Assembly (NCBI GenBank): GCA_007376725.1
Contig: VMGT01000004.1
Span: 1 to 51,976, forward strand
DNA length: 51,976 bases
Reading direction: 5' to 3'
Source of the DNA: Parcubacteria group bacterium Greene1014_15
GTDB taxonomy: Bacteria; Patescibacteriota; Minisyncoccia; Phycocordibacterales; VMGT01
The translations under genes were made by a program, and so were the position numbers. The notes below the pieces were generated by a model, which saw only the letters and a program-made list of their open reading frames with translations, ran no database searches and was not told the origin of the DNA. Shown piece after piece: positions 1-10,751 of this stretch. Each line of letters opens with the position of its first letter. The first letter of the stretch is position 1.

Positions 1-618
1 GATCATGTCTGCTTGCGCATCCACAATCCCATCCAACCGGGAAACTCGTTCACCTAGAGCTACAATTTCTTGATCCAGAACATCTTTGGTAACGGGTACC
101 TGTGGAGAAGTTTTCTCCGCAATCATTGCCATTGTAGCAGGCAAACGAATAATTGAACCTCTGCAAATCTCATTCAAATTAGAAATCTGCGAGTCAAGGT
201 ACTTCACCGCTTCAAGGTACGCGTCTCTCGTTTCTATTTCCCTCTCGGTAAAAGCGCTATATTTTTTCCAATAGCCTAAAACAGTGTCACCCCATGCAAT
301 CCTCGTAGAATAGACGTGCACATCCCCTATATCCGGTATGGACAGAGACTGTATCCCCTGAATAGGTTGTGCATCGGCACAGACAATCCGTGACCTACTC
401 TTTCTAACTGTGGTAGAAGCTTCCGTTGCCGAGATATCCCCCCTCACGCCCGCAACGGCACTTTTTACGGCATCCGGAAGTTCATCCTTTTGACCCGCAA
501 TCGCCAACCGCACCGCATCCGGCATCTGCATAAGATTTTCTTGCCCAAAAACAGGTACGGCACAACAGACGAGCACGAGCGCCGTAAAAAGACTCATGTG
601 CATACGCTTTCCTCTCAT
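1..618 (-). CDS. Exported protein with putative LysM-like domain (partial, runs off window start)
   Basis: Absent from the ORF track; translated by hand: MRGKRMHMSLFTALVLVCCAVPVFGQ (signal peptide)...VYSTRIAWGDTVLGYWKKY...SNLNEICRGSIIRLP. Open from ATG 618 to base 1, with AAGGAG SD upstream. Confidence 0.75.
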   Translation of the reverse strand, partial: MRGKRMHMSLFTALVLVCCAVPVFGQENLMQMPDAVRLAIAGQKDELPDAVKSAVAGVRGDISATEASTTVRKSRSRIVCADAQPIQGIQSLSIPDIGDVHVYSTRIAWGDTVLGYWKKYSAFTEREIETRDAYLEAVKYLDSQISNLNEICRGSIIRLPATMAMIAEKTSPQVPVTKDVLDQEIVALGERVSRLDGIVDAQADMI

Positions 619-683
619 TACGCTCTCCTTTTCTCAAACGGCACAAAAACATGACTCAAAACTTCACATGTACAACCGTGATT

Positions 684-753
684 ACACTACATACATATAA
701 AAATTTGTCAAGTCCCGCAAATACTTGACAATATACTCCCGTGGTGGTTCAAT
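684..753. promoter_or_regulatory. Divergent sigma70-type promoter pair
   Basis: + strand TTGACA(725-730)-17nt-TTCAAT preceded by TGn; - strand TTGACA(711-706)-16nt-TAGTGT. Confidence 0.45.
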
Positions 754-834
754 GTCACGCAGATTCCACGGGCGCAAAAGCGCTCTACGGCTAGAAAAAG
801 GCATTTTGCACATTGTCATGAAGGATATGCATCA

Positions 835-1266
835 ATGAACAGATCAGTAGTGCTTCGAGTAGTGCTAGCTTTGTCCATGTCCGTTGGCGTACGTAATGCC
901 TGCGCACAATGGGCATCGTCGGTTTCCCCTGCGGAAAACTTTTTCCATTCTCTCGGATTCCAGAGTGCTCTCGATCGAGGGGCAGATTACAATTTTATCC
1001 GCCTACAAGAACAAATCCGCAGCGGTAAAACAATCGGGGATACATATTACCCATTCGAGGGAGACATGATAAACAACACCTCAATCGGGGTAATTATTTC
1101 AGATAGCCCCGGCGCTACCGGGACCAACAACGGACCGGTGAGTGCACAATCAAACCTCGGCAGTCGCGGAGGCGCTGGGAGTGGTTCGATTAATCATCAA
1201 GGATCATTCACCATACAAGCGCCCGCTCCGAAGCCTAACCCATGCATAAAGGAGTGCCCGCAATGA
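835..1266 (+). CDS. Exported HfaA-like (holdfast anchor/curlin-like) protein
   Basis: Signal peptide ending ACA-Q; N/G/S-rich C-terminal half NNTSIG...TNNGPVSAQSN resembles recalled HfaA STAIGN...NSGNVTA; ATGA overlap with the next gene. Confidence 0.6.
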   Translation: MNRSVVLRVVLALSMSVGVRNACAQWASSVSPAENFFHSLGFQSALDRGADYNFIRLQEQIRSGKTIGDTYYPFEGDMINNTSIGVIISDSPGATGTNNGPVSAQSNLGSRGGAGSGSINHQGSFTIQAPAPKPNPCIKECPQ

Positions 1267-2576
1267 ACTGGCGCAAAAAAATATTCGTTTGCACTATATC
1301 GCTTGGCTGCTTTCTCATCGTAACCGGTTGCAGGGGTATGCTGCCAAAAAATGTAGAGTGGGCGGAAAAGCCAGGGGTTCAGGTGCCACAAGTAAAACGG
1401 TCACAGAATTATTATCCTGAACTCGACAACTGCCAGCGCAACATACTTTTCGCAGGAAAACCATCAACAACAATTATGGTCGTGGACGGTAATGATTATT
1501 CCGGCAAAAGAGATTATTACACTGGATTCTTCTTGTCCCAAGCATTTGCCGGATTTGTCATGGATCCGATCAAGCGCACCGCTTCGAATATCACCATGAT
1601 GGACGGGACAAGAATGGCGCGCGATATCGTTTCATGGATGCGGCAGAACGCAGTTCAAGGGGAAACGCCGCAACCTGTATGGCAAGCGCCGCCCGGAGTC
1701 GAGTTTATTCTGATCGTTGAAATAAACGGCCTTGATTTCTCAAAAGGAACTGTCGCCGAAGCTGAAGTATTTAAGGCCGGCGCAGGTCTCCGAACGTATG
1801 GTGGGCTTATCTCTCTCCATGCACGACTTGTGCATCGTTCGGGAACTGTTGTTGCAATCAGTAATTTCCAAAAAGATGTGCCGGGCATAACGGCATATCT
1901 TAAGACAAGCGGTGTTATTGAAAAAATGTTGGTGCATGCGCGCCTTGAAGCAGGTGAACATGAAGCATTTCAAAATGCCCTTCGCGCACTCTCACACATT
2001 GCAGAATACGACATATTCGCAAAATTCTATGGCGACCGTACCTGCGATAAAGATGCACAAGGGATATTCGATGGAGAGACATTGACGGAAGACATACCAC
2101 CTTATAAGCGACACCAACATTTAGCCGCACTGGCAAAAATTAAGAAACCAGAAGCAACGCAACCCGTCCAAACCAAAACACCGCAATGTCCGCTTGGCAT
2201 TTCTGATATTGTTGTGGAAGTCATACCCTACGACGGCCACAATAACGACACATTCGATCCGGAACGAAACGAAAAGCAAAGGCAGGCGATGCAACACATC
2301 GTAACATGGTGGCAAAAAGGGTGTATCGTCAAAAGTATTGAAGGTGTGCGTTGCCCGAAACCGCCAAAATCGGGAGTTGTGCTTGCGCGTGCAACAAAAC
2401 CAGCAGAATGGTTACACAAAGGAGGCATACCAAAACCATCTGCAATCGAAATGCCAGAAAAAAAACTCGCTGCGCTGCATGCAACATGCGTGAAAGAGAA
2501 GGGATGCGACGAAGACACGTATCCATGGTTTTACGCCGGATATGCCACAATCGTGCATCCAAATCATCAACCCTAA
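1263..2576 (+). CDS. CsgG/HfaB-family lipoprotein with C-terminal extension
   Basis: Start moved to ATG 1263 (SD AAGGAG, ATGA coupling). Lipobox VTGC. Motifs DYSGK..SQA, EINGLDF, LHARLVHRSGTVVAISNFQK and EAFQNALRAL...AKFYG match recalled CsgG/HfaB blocks. Confidence 0.75.
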   Translation: MNWRKKIFVCTISLGCFLIVTGCRGMLPKNVEWAEKPGVQVPQVKRSQNYYPELDNCQRNILFAGKPSTTIMVVDGNDYSGKRDYYTGFFLSQAFAGFVMDPIKRTASNITMMDGTRMARDIVSWMRQNAVQGETPQPVWQAPPGVEFILIVEINGLDFSKGTVAEAEVFKAGAGLRTYGGLISLHARLVHRSGTVVAISNFQKDVPGITAYLKTSGVIEKMLVHARLEAGEHEAFQNALRALSHIAEYDIFAKFYGDRTCDKDAQGIFDGETLTEDIPPYKRHQHLAALAKIKKPEATQPVQTKTPQCPLGISDIVVEVIPYDGHNNDTFDPERNEKQRQAMQHIVTWWQKGCIVKSIEGVRCPKPPKSGVVLARATKPAEWLHKGGIPKPSAIEMPEKKLAALHATCVKEKGCDEDTYPWFYAGYATIVHPNHQP

Positions 2577-2665
2577 ACTGGAAAAGGATCATTGTAGAAA
2601 CTGAAAATTGAGTTGCTGTTCGAAGTCGGTTTTATATTCACTTGAATAAACACAAGGAGAACACC

Positions 2666-3091
2666 ATGAAAAAGTTCATGAACATTGTTATCGCTTTTGC
2701 AGCTCTCACACTCATGGCGACGCCCGTGCTCGCATGCCAAGGCGATGATTGCCCATTTGGACACCATCATCGTCACCATCACCATCACCATTGGTCCCCG
2801 CCTAATCCGCAGTCAAACGTGAGCGGTTTCAATGACGCTCCTGTTGTTGCGATCATAAACGGCGGTTCCCTTATCGTAGCGGGCCCCGCAGACATCACGA
2901 ACACCGCCGCAGGCGTGCTTATGTCAATGCCCGCAGGATGTGGAGAATGTCCACGCGGCGTCAATGTATCCGGTGTTAACACCGGTCCTATAGACGCCAT
3001 TGTGAACATTGGAAACGCGCACTTTCATGGGCCGCTCAAGCTAGACAATACAGCGATTGGCACCGGCATATTCAACGCCGACAAGAAGTAG
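2666..3091 (+). CDS. Exported His-rich beta-repeat protein, HfaD/curlin-like
   Basis: SD AAGGAG at 2654-2659; signal peptide; HHHRHHHHHH; two repeats NVSGFNDAPVVAIIN...ITNTAAG and NVSGVNTGPIDAIVN...LDNTAIG. Confidence 0.65.
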   Translation: MKKFMNIVIAFAALTLMATPVLACQGDDCPFGHHHRHHHHHHWSPPNPQSNVSGFNDAPVVAIINGGSLIVAGPADITNTAAGVLMSMPAGCGECPRGVNVSGVNTGPIDAIVNIGNAHFHGPLKLDNTAIGTGIFNADKK

Positions 3092-3099
3092 GTTGCAAG

Positions 3100-3141
3100 A
3101 AGGGCAGAAGATAGCAAATATCTTCTGCCCTTTATTTTTTT
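3100..3141 (+). terminator. Intrinsic terminator of the hfa-like operon
   Basis: 14-bp stem AAGGGCAGAAGATA/TATCTTCTGCCCTT followed by a T-tract. Confidence 0.85.
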
Positions 3142-3163
3142 CTTCCTCTGTTATACTTACTCT

Positions 3164-4132
3164 ATGAAAAATACCTGCCCGCCTGGAATTTCAAAGAAAC
3201 TTGCACAAGGTCTCATTCTTGATGAACTCTTTGCATTACTTTTATATAAACACTGGAGTAAAAAAGCTTCACCAGAGCTCGCGCACGTATTGAGCGAACT
3301 CACTGCTATCGAAGAAAAACACTACGTCTTCTGGCAAAAATTTTTAGGACATGCAATGGGCTCACTTACGCTCGGGCGCCGAATTAAACTCACGGTATTT
3401 CTATTTGTTACAAAAATTTGGGGCGAGAAAGCCATGCATCTTCTTCTTGAGGCAACAGAAGTAAATAGTATTCGCAAGCACCTCCAAATCTGGAATATCT
3501 GCGCGCATACCGAATACGAAAGCATGGTGCGTGCGATCATCGAAGAGGAATTCGGGCGCGAGGACGCCATTATTGAAAAACTTATTACACGAAAAATCAA
3601 TCCTGAACGCATCCGTAACATTTTTCTTGGTTTCAATGACGGCCTCGTGGAGTTGCTCGGCGCTATAAGCGGTTTTTATGCCGCCTTCGCCAATACCTCT
3701 TCCGTGGTTGTTGCAAGCATCACGGTCGCCGCCGCGGGAGCAATATCCATGGGCGCCGGCGCCTACGTCGCACTCGGCTCACAAAACGAAATCTCTAAAA
3801 TCGAGGCGCAGAAGCTCGCCTTCAAAAATCCGGAAGCGAACGTATCTCTCACGCATGAACGCCTCTTTGTAAGCGGCGCAACTGTTGCTATTTCATATTT
3901 TATCGGGGCACTCGTGCCCCTTACGCCAATTCTCTTCGGATCAAAAAATATCTTTCTCTCGCTTGCATGCGGCGGAATACTGATTATTCTGGTGTCAGCA
4001 GTGCTCGCCTTTCTTTCAGGAATGAACGCGCGGCGGCGGATTGCGACAAATCTAGTGCTCATTATTGGCGCAGTTGTCCTATCATACGGCATAGGTATTT
4101 TTGCTCGAAATATATGGGGGATTTCAATCTAA
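3164..4132 (+). CDS. VIT1/CCC1 transporter with N-terminal ferritin/rubrerythrin-like domain
   Basis: RNIFLGFNDGLVE and AGAISMGAGAY VIT1 motifs; N-terminal DE..Y / EEKH helices; 5 TM segments. Confidence 0.9.
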   Translation: MKNTCPPGISKKLAQGLILDELFALLLYKHWSKKASPELAHVLSELTAIEEKHYVFWQKFLGHAMGSLTLGRRIKLTVFLFVTKIWGEKAMHLLLEATEVNSIRKHLQIWNICAHTEYESMVRAIIEEEFGREDAIIEKLITRKINPERIRNIFLGFNDGLVELLGAISGFYAAFANTSSVVVASITVAAAGAISMGAGAYVALGSQNEISKIEAQKLAFKNPEANVSLTHERLFVSGATVAISYFIGALVPLTPILFGSKNIFLSLACGGILIILVSAVLAFLSGMNARRRIATNLVLIIGAVVLSYGIGIFARNIWGISI

Positions 4133-4138
4133 AAATGA

Positions 4139-4169
4139 AAGCGCCCACAACAGTTTATTGTGGGCGCTT
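4139..4169. terminator. Hairpin between convergent genes
   Basis: AAGCGCCCACAA/TTGTGGGCGCTT 12-bp stem. Confidence 0.7.
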
Positions 4170-4181
4170 GGTGCGCGAAAC

Positions 4182-5153
4182 TCATGTATTCTCTTCTGCT
4201 TCATCCATCACATTCCGAAGCAGTAGAGGAAACAGGGCAGGAAAATCAGAGTATGCCTCACTGACAAGTTGTGAGAGTTCACGCTCGTTGCAAAGAGCCT
4301 GATCTAATCGAAGTTCGAGATCCTCGATAACCTCGAGAAGTTTTTCCCGTTCGGCAATCCAAGCTTCTTCGACTTCTTCATGCGCTTCACTTTCCTCATC
4401 CTGTTCACGACAAATCTCCGTCATCTCATCTTCAACGCCGGCAAATTCAAGTTCCATTGCTTCGATCCGTTCGCGATACTTCTCGTTCATCCGCCGGGTA
4501 CTCTCGAGCGCTTGCTCAATATCTTCCGTTTCAGAAGTTTCTTCCATAAGCTGCTGCCGCCAATCATCGTACCGAAGCACGAGTCTTTCAAAATAGAGAC
4601 TTTTTGCGGCTTCTGTGAGAAAATCCAGTGACGGTCGTGCGAGAAAGCAAAACATTTTGTGCGGAGAAATATACCATATATGTTCGCAAGACTCGTAGGA
4701 CTTGCGAAAGTTTGTGGTAAATTTTCCCGCCGGCGTTACAAGATCGACAAATGCTCCATCAGAAATTGAGATCGAAACACCTGAAACTGGAACCGAAAAT
4801 GCAAGAGAGAGATGTGTTTTCGGACGTCCGTTTCTGTCTGTTGTTACAGAGATAAATACAACAGTATCCTGGTGCACTTCACTTTCACAACACGAACATC
4901 GTGTGTCCGGCACGATATGCCGGACCACAACACCGACTAAGCCTTTTTCGGGTTGCGCCGGAGTCCCAATGACGATTGATTTTAATCTGCCATCAGATCC
5001 CCTCTTCGTTTCTTTTACCTGCTCACTTGTTCCCAAGAGTATGAAAGAGTCTGTCGATAAAACGGTCTTAATGACACAACAGTGCTCCTTGTCCTCTGTG
5101 GTTGCAAGCAAGGCGTCGGGTAGCTTTTTCTCGCCCCCATTCTTCTTACGCAT
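4182..5153 (-). CDS. Hypothetical protein, acidic coiled-coil C-terminus
   Basis: 323-aa ORF, GGGG SD-like upstream, Glu-rich heptads, CSCC motif. Confidence 0.7.
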   Translation of the reverse strand: MRKKNGGEKKLPDALLATTEDKEHCCVIKTVLSTDSFILLGTSEQVKETKRGSDGRLKSIVIGTPAQPEKGLVGVVVRHIVPDTRCSCCESEVHQDTVVFISVTTDRNGRPKTHLSLAFSVPVSGVSISISDGAFVDLVTPAGKFTTNFRKSYESCEHIWYISPHKMFCFLARPSLDFLTEAAKSLYFERLVLRYDDWRQQLMEETSETEDIEQALESTRRMNEKYRERIEAMELEFAGVEDEMTEICREQDEESEAHEEVEEAWIAEREKLLEVIEDLELRLDQALCNERELSQLVSEAYSDFPALFPLLLRNVMDEAEENT

Positions 5154-5276
5154 TGCTGCCCCCTGTCTTTGACTCCATAGAGAAATACACTTACACCTAT
5201 TCGCACTAATTCTGCCCCTAGTTTGACATACTTCTTAAAAAAGTCAACAATGGCGCCCTCATAACCTCTCACACAT

Positions 5277-5376
5277 GTCATTGCGAGCGTAGCGAAGCAA
5301 TCCAGGATTCTGAGGGGAAATCTCGAATTTTGAGGTAGTCTCACTGGATTGCTTCGGGCTTTGTTCTCGCAATGAC
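5277..5376. repeat. REP-like palindrome family A, copy 1
   Basis: GTCATTGCGAG..CGAAGCAATCCAG...CTGGATTGCTTCG..CTCGCAATGAC nested inverted repeats. Confidence 0.85.
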
Positions 5377-5411
5377 GGCTCTGTTGCTGAGTCTTTAGCT
5401 TGTAGCAGGCG

Positions 5412-5601
5412 TAAGAAACTGTCTAAAGTCTAATGCCTTGAAAAAATGTTCAAATTTCGAGCGAAAATCACATATTCTGACGAAGCATATCGAGATACGT
5501 TGAGGAGGAATAGGTGATTTGTAGCTGAAATTTGGGCATTTTTACAGGCAAGCGTATATTCTACCTCGTTTTTTAGCAGTTAGACTTTAGACAGTTTCTA
5601 A
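5412..5601 (+). mobile_element. MITE-like palindrome family B, copy 1
   Basis: Perfect 20-bp IR 5414-5433/5580-5599; TAA direct repeat at both ends; interior aligns by eye with copies at 14540 and 21605. Confidence 0.8.
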
Positions 5602-5626
5602 GTGGTTACTTGCTCTCTTTGGCCGT

Positions 5627-6049
5627 TTACCCTCGATGCTTTCTGCGCACGCGTATGCGATTGAGTTCCCGGTCAAGGAGCGACTGGAAGCGCGCATACT
5701 CGACATCATCAATATGTTCTTTTTCCTCGAGCATTTTTTGCGCGCGGGCGCGGGCAGCTTCCGCCGCCTCGAGATCAATATCTTCTGCGCGTTCGGCAGT
5801 ATCCGCAAGCACGACAACCTCGCTCTTGGGCCTAATCTCTGCGACTCCATGCGATACAGCAAAGTGATGCGAAACTCCACCTTTTACGATAATCATCTCT
5901 CCCGGTCGAAGAAGCGTTACGAGCGGACGATGATTCGCAAGAACAGTAATCTGCCCTTCAGCCGTCGGAAGAGACACCTGATCAACAGCATCATCTTTAT
6001 ATGCTACTCCTTCGGGCGTTACAACACTGAATGAAAGTGTGTGTACCAT
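5627..6049 (-). CDS. atpC: ATP synthase F1 epsilon
   Basis: VVTPEG, GQITVLANHRPLVT, LADTAERAEDID; start moved to ATG 6049. Confidence 0.95.
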   Translation of the reverse strand: MVHTLSFSVVTPEGVAYKDDAVDQVSLPTAEGQITVLANHRPLVTLLRPGEMIIVKGGVSHHFAVSHGVAEIRPKSEVVVLADTAERAEDIDLEAAEAARARAQKMLEEKEHIDDVEYARFQSLLDRELNRIRVRRKHRG

Positions 6050-6056
6050 ACAATTT

Positions 6057-7475
<1,419 letters not shown>

Positions 7476-8339
7476 TTATACCGCGAGAGCATTTGCTCCT
7501 GCGGCAATTTCAGAAATTTCCTGTGTGATCCCATCTTGCCTTGCACGGTTCCAGTCGAGCGCCAAGTCGGAAATCATTTCTCCGGCGCTTTCGCTTGCAT
7601 TCTTCATGGCAACCATGCGAGCGCTTTGTTCGCTCGCGACAGATTCCAGATTCATTTGATACAGTTGCGTGGCAACAAGTCCAGGAAGTATTTCTGCGAG
7701 TACCGCCGTCTCGTCTGGCTCAAAGAGATATACGTCTTCGGAAAAAGTGCTCTGCACCGCAATTTCAGATATTGGCAGGAGCGAACGAATCACCGGTTCA
7801 TATCGAACCGTGGAAATATATTTGTTGTATGCAACAACGACACGTGTATATCTCCCAAAAAGAAATTCATCGAGAACAAGTCTGCGCAGGCCTCGTACGC
7901 TATAGACGCCGGCTGTTTCGGCAAATTCCACAAAACTGCCACGAACATCCGCGCCAAGTTTACGCGCCAAGCGTTCCGCGTTTTTTCCTATCGTGACAAA
8001 ATCCACGGATTCCCGTCCGCCGTAGTCGACAAAAGAACGCGACACCGCTTTCGCGAGCGCGACATTAAAACCGCCGCAGAGACCGCGGTTCGAAGCAACG
8101 ATGACGATAAGTGTTCGATTGCCGGCACCCGCTCTCAAAAGCGGATGTGTGATCTTGCGTTCTGCCGCAAGCGCTGCAAGGAGATCAAGCGCAGAAACGC
8201 TATAGGCGCGCGTCATAAGCGCACGTGCGACCGCACGCTTCATTTTGCTTACCGCCACCATCTCCATCGCTTTTGTGATCTTTCTGATATTCTTCACTGA
8301 TGCGATCTTCTGTTTTATTGCCCGTGTTCGTAACGCCAT
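7476..8339 (-). CDS. atpG: ATP synthase F1 gamma
   Basis: KITKAMEMVA, RGLCGGFN, RQDGITQEISEI. Confidence 0.98.
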   Translation of the reverse strand: MALRTRAIKQKIASVKNIRKITKAMEMVAVSKMKRAVARALMTRAYSVSALDLLAALAAERKITHPLLRAGAGNRTLIVIVASNRGLCGGFNVALAKAVSRSFVDYGGRESVDFVTIGKNAERLARKLGADVRGSFVEFAETAGVYSVRGLRRLVLDEFLFGRYTRVVVAYNKYISTVRYEPVIRSLLPISEIAVQSTFSEDVYLFEPDETAVLAEILPGLVATQLYQMNLESVASEQSARMVAMKNASESAGEMISDLALDWNRARQDGITQEISEIAAGANALAV

Positions 8340-8345
8340 ATAGTT

Positions 8346-9857
8346 TTATTTTGATTCAAATCTTTTGATGTGTTCCTCGATCGCCCGTTTTAATTTTTCT
8401 TCAATCTCGTCACTCCATGATTCCGCAAGCGACGCGAGCACATCCGGTTTACTATCGCGCATAAATGTAAGGAATGCCTTCTCCCATGAAAAAAGACGAT
8501 CAACCGAAATGCTATCAAGATATCCTTTTGTCGCGGCATACATAACGGCAACTTGGAGACCAGCAGAAAGCGGAGCATATTGTGGCTGTTTGAGCAACTC
8601 TGTGAGACGTGCGCCGCGATCAAGCTGCTTTTTTGTATCAATGTCGAGATCGGATGCAAATTGCGTAAAAGCTTCAAGTTCTCGGAACTGCGCCATCGCG
8701 AGCTTCATCGGACCCGCAACTTTTTTCATTGATTTGATCTGCGCGGCTGAACCGACACGAGATACCGAGAGCCCCACATTGATCGCCGGACGTATGCCTT
8801 TATAAAAAAGTGGCGCTTCGAGAAAAATTTGGCCGTCAGTAATGGAAATGACATTCGTTGGAATATATGCCGATACATCGCCTGCCTGTGTTTCGATAAT
8901 CGGAAGCGCAGTGATCGAGCCGCCGCCGGCAGCTGCGTTTCTCCGACACGCGCGCTCAAGAAGACGTGAGTGCAAATAGAATACATCGCCCGGATACGCT
9001 TCGCGACCGGGAGGACGGCGGAGCAAGAGAGAAATTTCCCGGTATGCCGCGGCATGTTTCGAAAGATCGTCATAGACAATCAGCACGTCTTTGCCTTGAT
9101 CCATGAAGTATTCCGCGATGGCGCATCCGGCGTATGGTGAAAGATATGCAAACGATGCGGGATCAGAAGCGCCGGCAACAACCACAATCGTATACGAAAG
9201 AGCCCCCGCCTCTTCAAGCTTTGCCACAATACGCGCCACTTTTGATTTTTTTTGCGATATCGCAACATAAACACAAATTACGTCGGTTCCCTTTTGGTTG
9301 ATGATTGTGTCAACGGCAAGCGCGGTCTTTCCCGTCTGACGATCACCAATGATGAGCTCACGCTGTCCGCGTCCGATCGGAATCATGGCGTCCACCGCCT
9401 TAATGCCCGTTTGCAGGGGAACCGAAACCGGCTCGCGGTCCATGACCCCCGGAGCAATTTTTTCTATCGTGTATGAGACGCTTGTCCGTATTTCTCCTTT
9501 GCCATCAAGCGGCGAGGCGAGCGGATCAACAACGCGGCCAATAAGCTCGTCTCCAACAAGCACAGAGAGAATCTTTCCTGTCCGTTGCACCACATCACCC
9601 TCGCGAATGTGCGTATAGTCGCCAAGAATAATCACTCCAACCATGTCTTCTTCGAGGTTGAGAGCAAGCCCCATCGTATCTCCCGGAAATTCAAGCATTT
9701 CAAGCGATTCGCAGGCAGAAAGTCCCGAAAGTCGCGCGATGCCATCGCCAATCTCAATAACGGTCCCCGTTTCTATCACATCGACTCTCGCTTCAAATTC
9801 GCCGATCCTTTCTTTTATATTTTTTATTAATGTATCAACACTCATGTACATATTCAA
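8346..9857 (-). CDS. atpA: ATP synthase F1 alpha
   Basis: [29 protein letters not shown]; true start may be 9851 or 9845. Confidence 0.99.
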   Translation of the reverse strand: MNMYMSVDTLIKNIKERIGEFEARVDVIETGTVIEIGDGIARLSGLSACESLEMLEFPGDTMGLALNLEEDMVGVIILGDYTHIREGDVVQRTGKILSVLVGDELIGRVVDPLASPLDGKGEIRTSVSYTIEKIAPGVMDREPVSVPLQTGIKAVDAMIPIGRGQRELIIGDRQTGKTALAVDTIINQKGTDVICVYVAISQKKSKVARIVAKLEEAGALSYTIVVVAGASDPASFAYLSPYAGCAIAEYFMDQGKDVLIVYDDLSKHAAAYREISLLLRRPPGREAYPGDVFYLHSRLLERACRRNAAAGGGSITALPIIETQAGDVSAYIPTNVISITDGQIFLEAPLFYKGIRPAINVGLSVSRVGSAAQIKSMKKVAGPMKLAMAQFRELEAFTQFASDLDIDTKKQLDRGARLTELLKQPQYAPLSAGLQVAVMYAATKGYLDSISVDRLFSWEKAFLTFMRDSKPDVLASLAESWSDEIEEKLKRAIEEHIKRFESK

Positions 9858-10250
9858 TTACGCCAACAATTTCTCTCGAAGCACAGCAATCTGACTTCGC
9901 ATACTCGCATCATACACAGTCTCCCCATACGAAGCTACAAAGCCGCCAAGGATATCGGGATCTTCTTCGATAGCAGTATGCGCATCTTTCGGCGCCTGCA
10001 TGCGCGATCTCACCCCGTCCACAATGCTTGCACCAATCGGGTAAGCTACGCGAATGTGAAGCGTATGCTCTGCCGCATACTCTTCCGACAATCTCTCCAG
10101 ATGACGCACAACTGCGGGAGCCAGATGAAAAAGATTGTTCCCATTGAGAAATCTGATACATCGCCCCGCCACGTCGTCTCCGCTATGCTTATCATCAAGC
10201 ACCAGAGACCAAAGCGCCTGTGCAACAAATTTTGATCGGGGCGCGCTCAT
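9858..10250 (-). CDS. atpH: ATP synthase delta (short form)
   Basis: C-terminal DPDILGGFVASYGETVYDASMRSQI; lies between atpF and atpA. Confidence 0.9.
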   Translation of the reverse strand: MSAPRSKFVAQALWSLVLDDKHSGDDVAGRCIRFLNGNNLFHLAPAVVRHLERLSEEYAAEHTLHIRVAYPIGASIVDGVRSRMQAPKDAHTAIEEDPDILGGFVASYGETVYDASMRSQIAVLREKLLA

Positions 10251-10741
10251 GATTGCGCAAGAAACTTTTTAATAATTTTTTCGCCTCGTTCCTGATTCAC
10301 TTCTTCCTGTAAGACTTTTGTAACGCCCAGAAGCACGGTGTCGACAATCTTTTCGTTAACGGCCATTTCCATCTCTTTTTGTTCGCGTATAAGACGAGCT
10401 CGCGTCTTTGCTAAAATCTCCTCCGCTTCTCTTTCTGCGGCATTTTTCGACGCAAGTACGAGAGCATCACCACTTTTTTTAGCAGATGCGATGACATCTG
10501 TCGCCTCCGTTTCCGCCTTTGCAAGAACACGCGACCGTTCCTCGCCTGCCATCGTGAGCGCAGTTTCCGCGCGCGTTGCATTGTCGAGGCCTTCCTGTAT
10601 GCGATTCGCTCGCTCCGCAATTACTTTTTTTATCGGCCCAAACGCAAACTTTTTGAGCACAAAAAAAATAATCAGAAAGTTTGCGATATTTGCAAGCGCA
10701 ATATGCCAGTCAAATCCGATATTTCCTAAAATTTCTAACAT
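10247..10741 (-). CDS. atpF: ATP synthase F0 subunit b
   Basis: Start moved to ATG 10741 (MLEILGNIGFDW); NFLIIFFVLKKFAFGPI...ER then coiled coil. Confidence 0.95.
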   Translation of the reverse strand: MLEILGNIGFDWHIALANIANFLIIFFVLKKFAFGPIKKVIAERANRIQEGLDNATRAETALTMAGEERSRVLAKAETEATDVIASAKKSGDALVLASKNAAEREAEEILAKTRARLIREQKEMEMAVNEKIVDTVLLGVTKVLQEEVNQERGEKIIKKFLAQS

Positions 10742-10751
10742 GATATATACA

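Noticed and set aside
86-274. 62-aa plus-strand ORF
   Set aside because: Antisense to the longer SD-led minus-strand ORF 1-618
5476-5512. Hammerhead ribozyme from CTGACGA in family B
   Set aside because: No GAAA after stem II and no three-way junction; the element folds as a rod
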